DNA from: Betaproteobacteria bacterium
Lineage (GTDB): Bacteria; Pseudomonadota; Gammaproteobacteria; Burkholderiales; Rhodocyclaceae
Reading direction: 5' to 3'
Assembly (NCBI GenBank): GCA_020621405.1
Contig: JAHRYN010000003.1
Location: 170,808-194,807 of the forward strand
DNA length: 24,000 nt
Made by a program: the position numbers and the translations under genes. Below the pieces are notes generated by a model. It ran no database searches. It worked only from the letters and a program-made list of their open reading frames with translations, and was not told where the DNA came from. Of the stretch, positions 23,619 to 24,000 are shown piece after piece. How positions within the stretch are numbered: position 1 is the stretch's first letter; each line of letters begins with the position of its first letter.

Positions 23619-24000
23619 ATGAATATCCGTACCCGCCTCACCCTCGCGCTGGCCATCGCCGGCGCCTTCGCGAGCGGCGCCCATGCCGCCCAGAACACGC
23701 TGACCGGCTGGGCAATGATGCCGGCCGCCACTTTCTCCGACGGCCCGACCTCCGGCCAGTTCGCCTTCACCAACAGCGCCAGCCCGGCAAACAACCCGCC
23801 TTACGTGAACATGCAGCCGGCGCAGGGTTTTTCCGGCGTGCTGGCAGGCCCGAACGGCAGCTACCAGATGCTGGTGGACAACGGTTTCGGCGCCAAGGCC
23901 AACTCGGCGGACGCGCTGCTGCGCATGTACGCGGTGCAGGTGAACTGGGGCGCCCACACGGTGAGCGCCGCCGGTTTCGGCACCGGAGCGGCCCAACCCG
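23619..24000 (+). CDS. Secreted protein, N-terminal fragment; probably of the phytase-like (esterase-like activity of phytase) family; continues past the window
   Basis: Not in the supplied ORF track, since it has no stop in the window. My own translation is 'MNIRTRLTLALAIAGAFASGAHAAQNTLTGWAMMPAATFSDGPTSGQF...QPAQGFSGVLAGPNGSYQMLVDNGFGAKANSADALLRMYAV...'. It has a signal peptide with AHA-A cleavage and SD AAAGGA upstream. The in-frame ATG at 23487 is rejected because only 19/43 third positions in that extension are G/C. The family call is from memory of the 'QGFS...DNGFG.K.NS.D.LLR.Y' pattern. Confidence 0.7.
   Translation, partial: MNIRTRLTLALAIAGAFASGAHAAQNTLTGWAMMPAATFSDGPTSGQFAFTNSASPANNPPYVNMQPAQGFSGVLAGPNGSYQMLVDNGFGAKANSADALLRMYAVQVNWGAHTVSAAGFGTGAAQP

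Noticed and set aside
1-24000. Search for tRNA/rRNA genes, CRISPR arrays, IS elements, integrases, phage genes, toxin-antitoxin pairs or a compositional island
   Set aside because: I saw no T-loop/cloverleaf candidates in the intergenic regions, no spaced direct-repeat arrays, and no transposase or integrase motifs. All lower-GC patches are short and intergenic. The window looks like native core chromosome.

Overview
This is a GC-rich chromosomal segment with strongly G/C-biased third codon positions and long stop-free antisense ORFs. It reads as core genome of a betaproteobacterium. That assignment is an inference from rpe-gph-trpE and trpG-trpD-trpC synteny, a divergent apaG, and a PEP-CTERM protein. 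I can support 24 protein-coding genes. On the minus strand: a MASE1/PAS sensor histidine kinase, a TonB-like protein, an HDOD-histidine-kinase-like hybrid, trpC, trpD, trpG, trpE, gph, rpe, a cold-shock-domain/DUF1294 membrane protein, a translationally coupled pair of membrane proteins of unknown function, a 380-aa NPPW methyltransferase and argJ. On the plus strand: a truncated NUDIX hydrolase, an HNH endonuclease, a Spy/CpxP-like periplasmic protein, a PEP-CTERM secreted protein, apaG, a small SAM methyltransferase, a metallophosphoesterase followed by a Ser/Thr kinase fused to a universal-stress-protein domain, a DUF2970-like mini-protein, and the 5' end of a secreted phytase-like protein that is absent from the supplied ORF track. 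I saw no rRNA, tRNA, CRISPR array, transposase, integrase or phage genes. I do not find a convincing new multi-gene system. The window looks mostly housekeeping. The most unusual points are: (1) an opposite-strand PEP-CTERM gene splits trpE from trpGDC; (2) a 27-codon uORF with a Trp codon and mutually exclusive GC helices lies upstream of trpE; (3) the metallophosphoesterase and non-RD kinase-USP fusion form a tight operon; (4) a soluble HDOD-kinase hybrid has an apparently degenerate N box; (5) a shared 15-nt GTAAC-N5-GT motif lies upstream of two secreted-protein genes. All functional calls come from motif reading by eye, with no database search.
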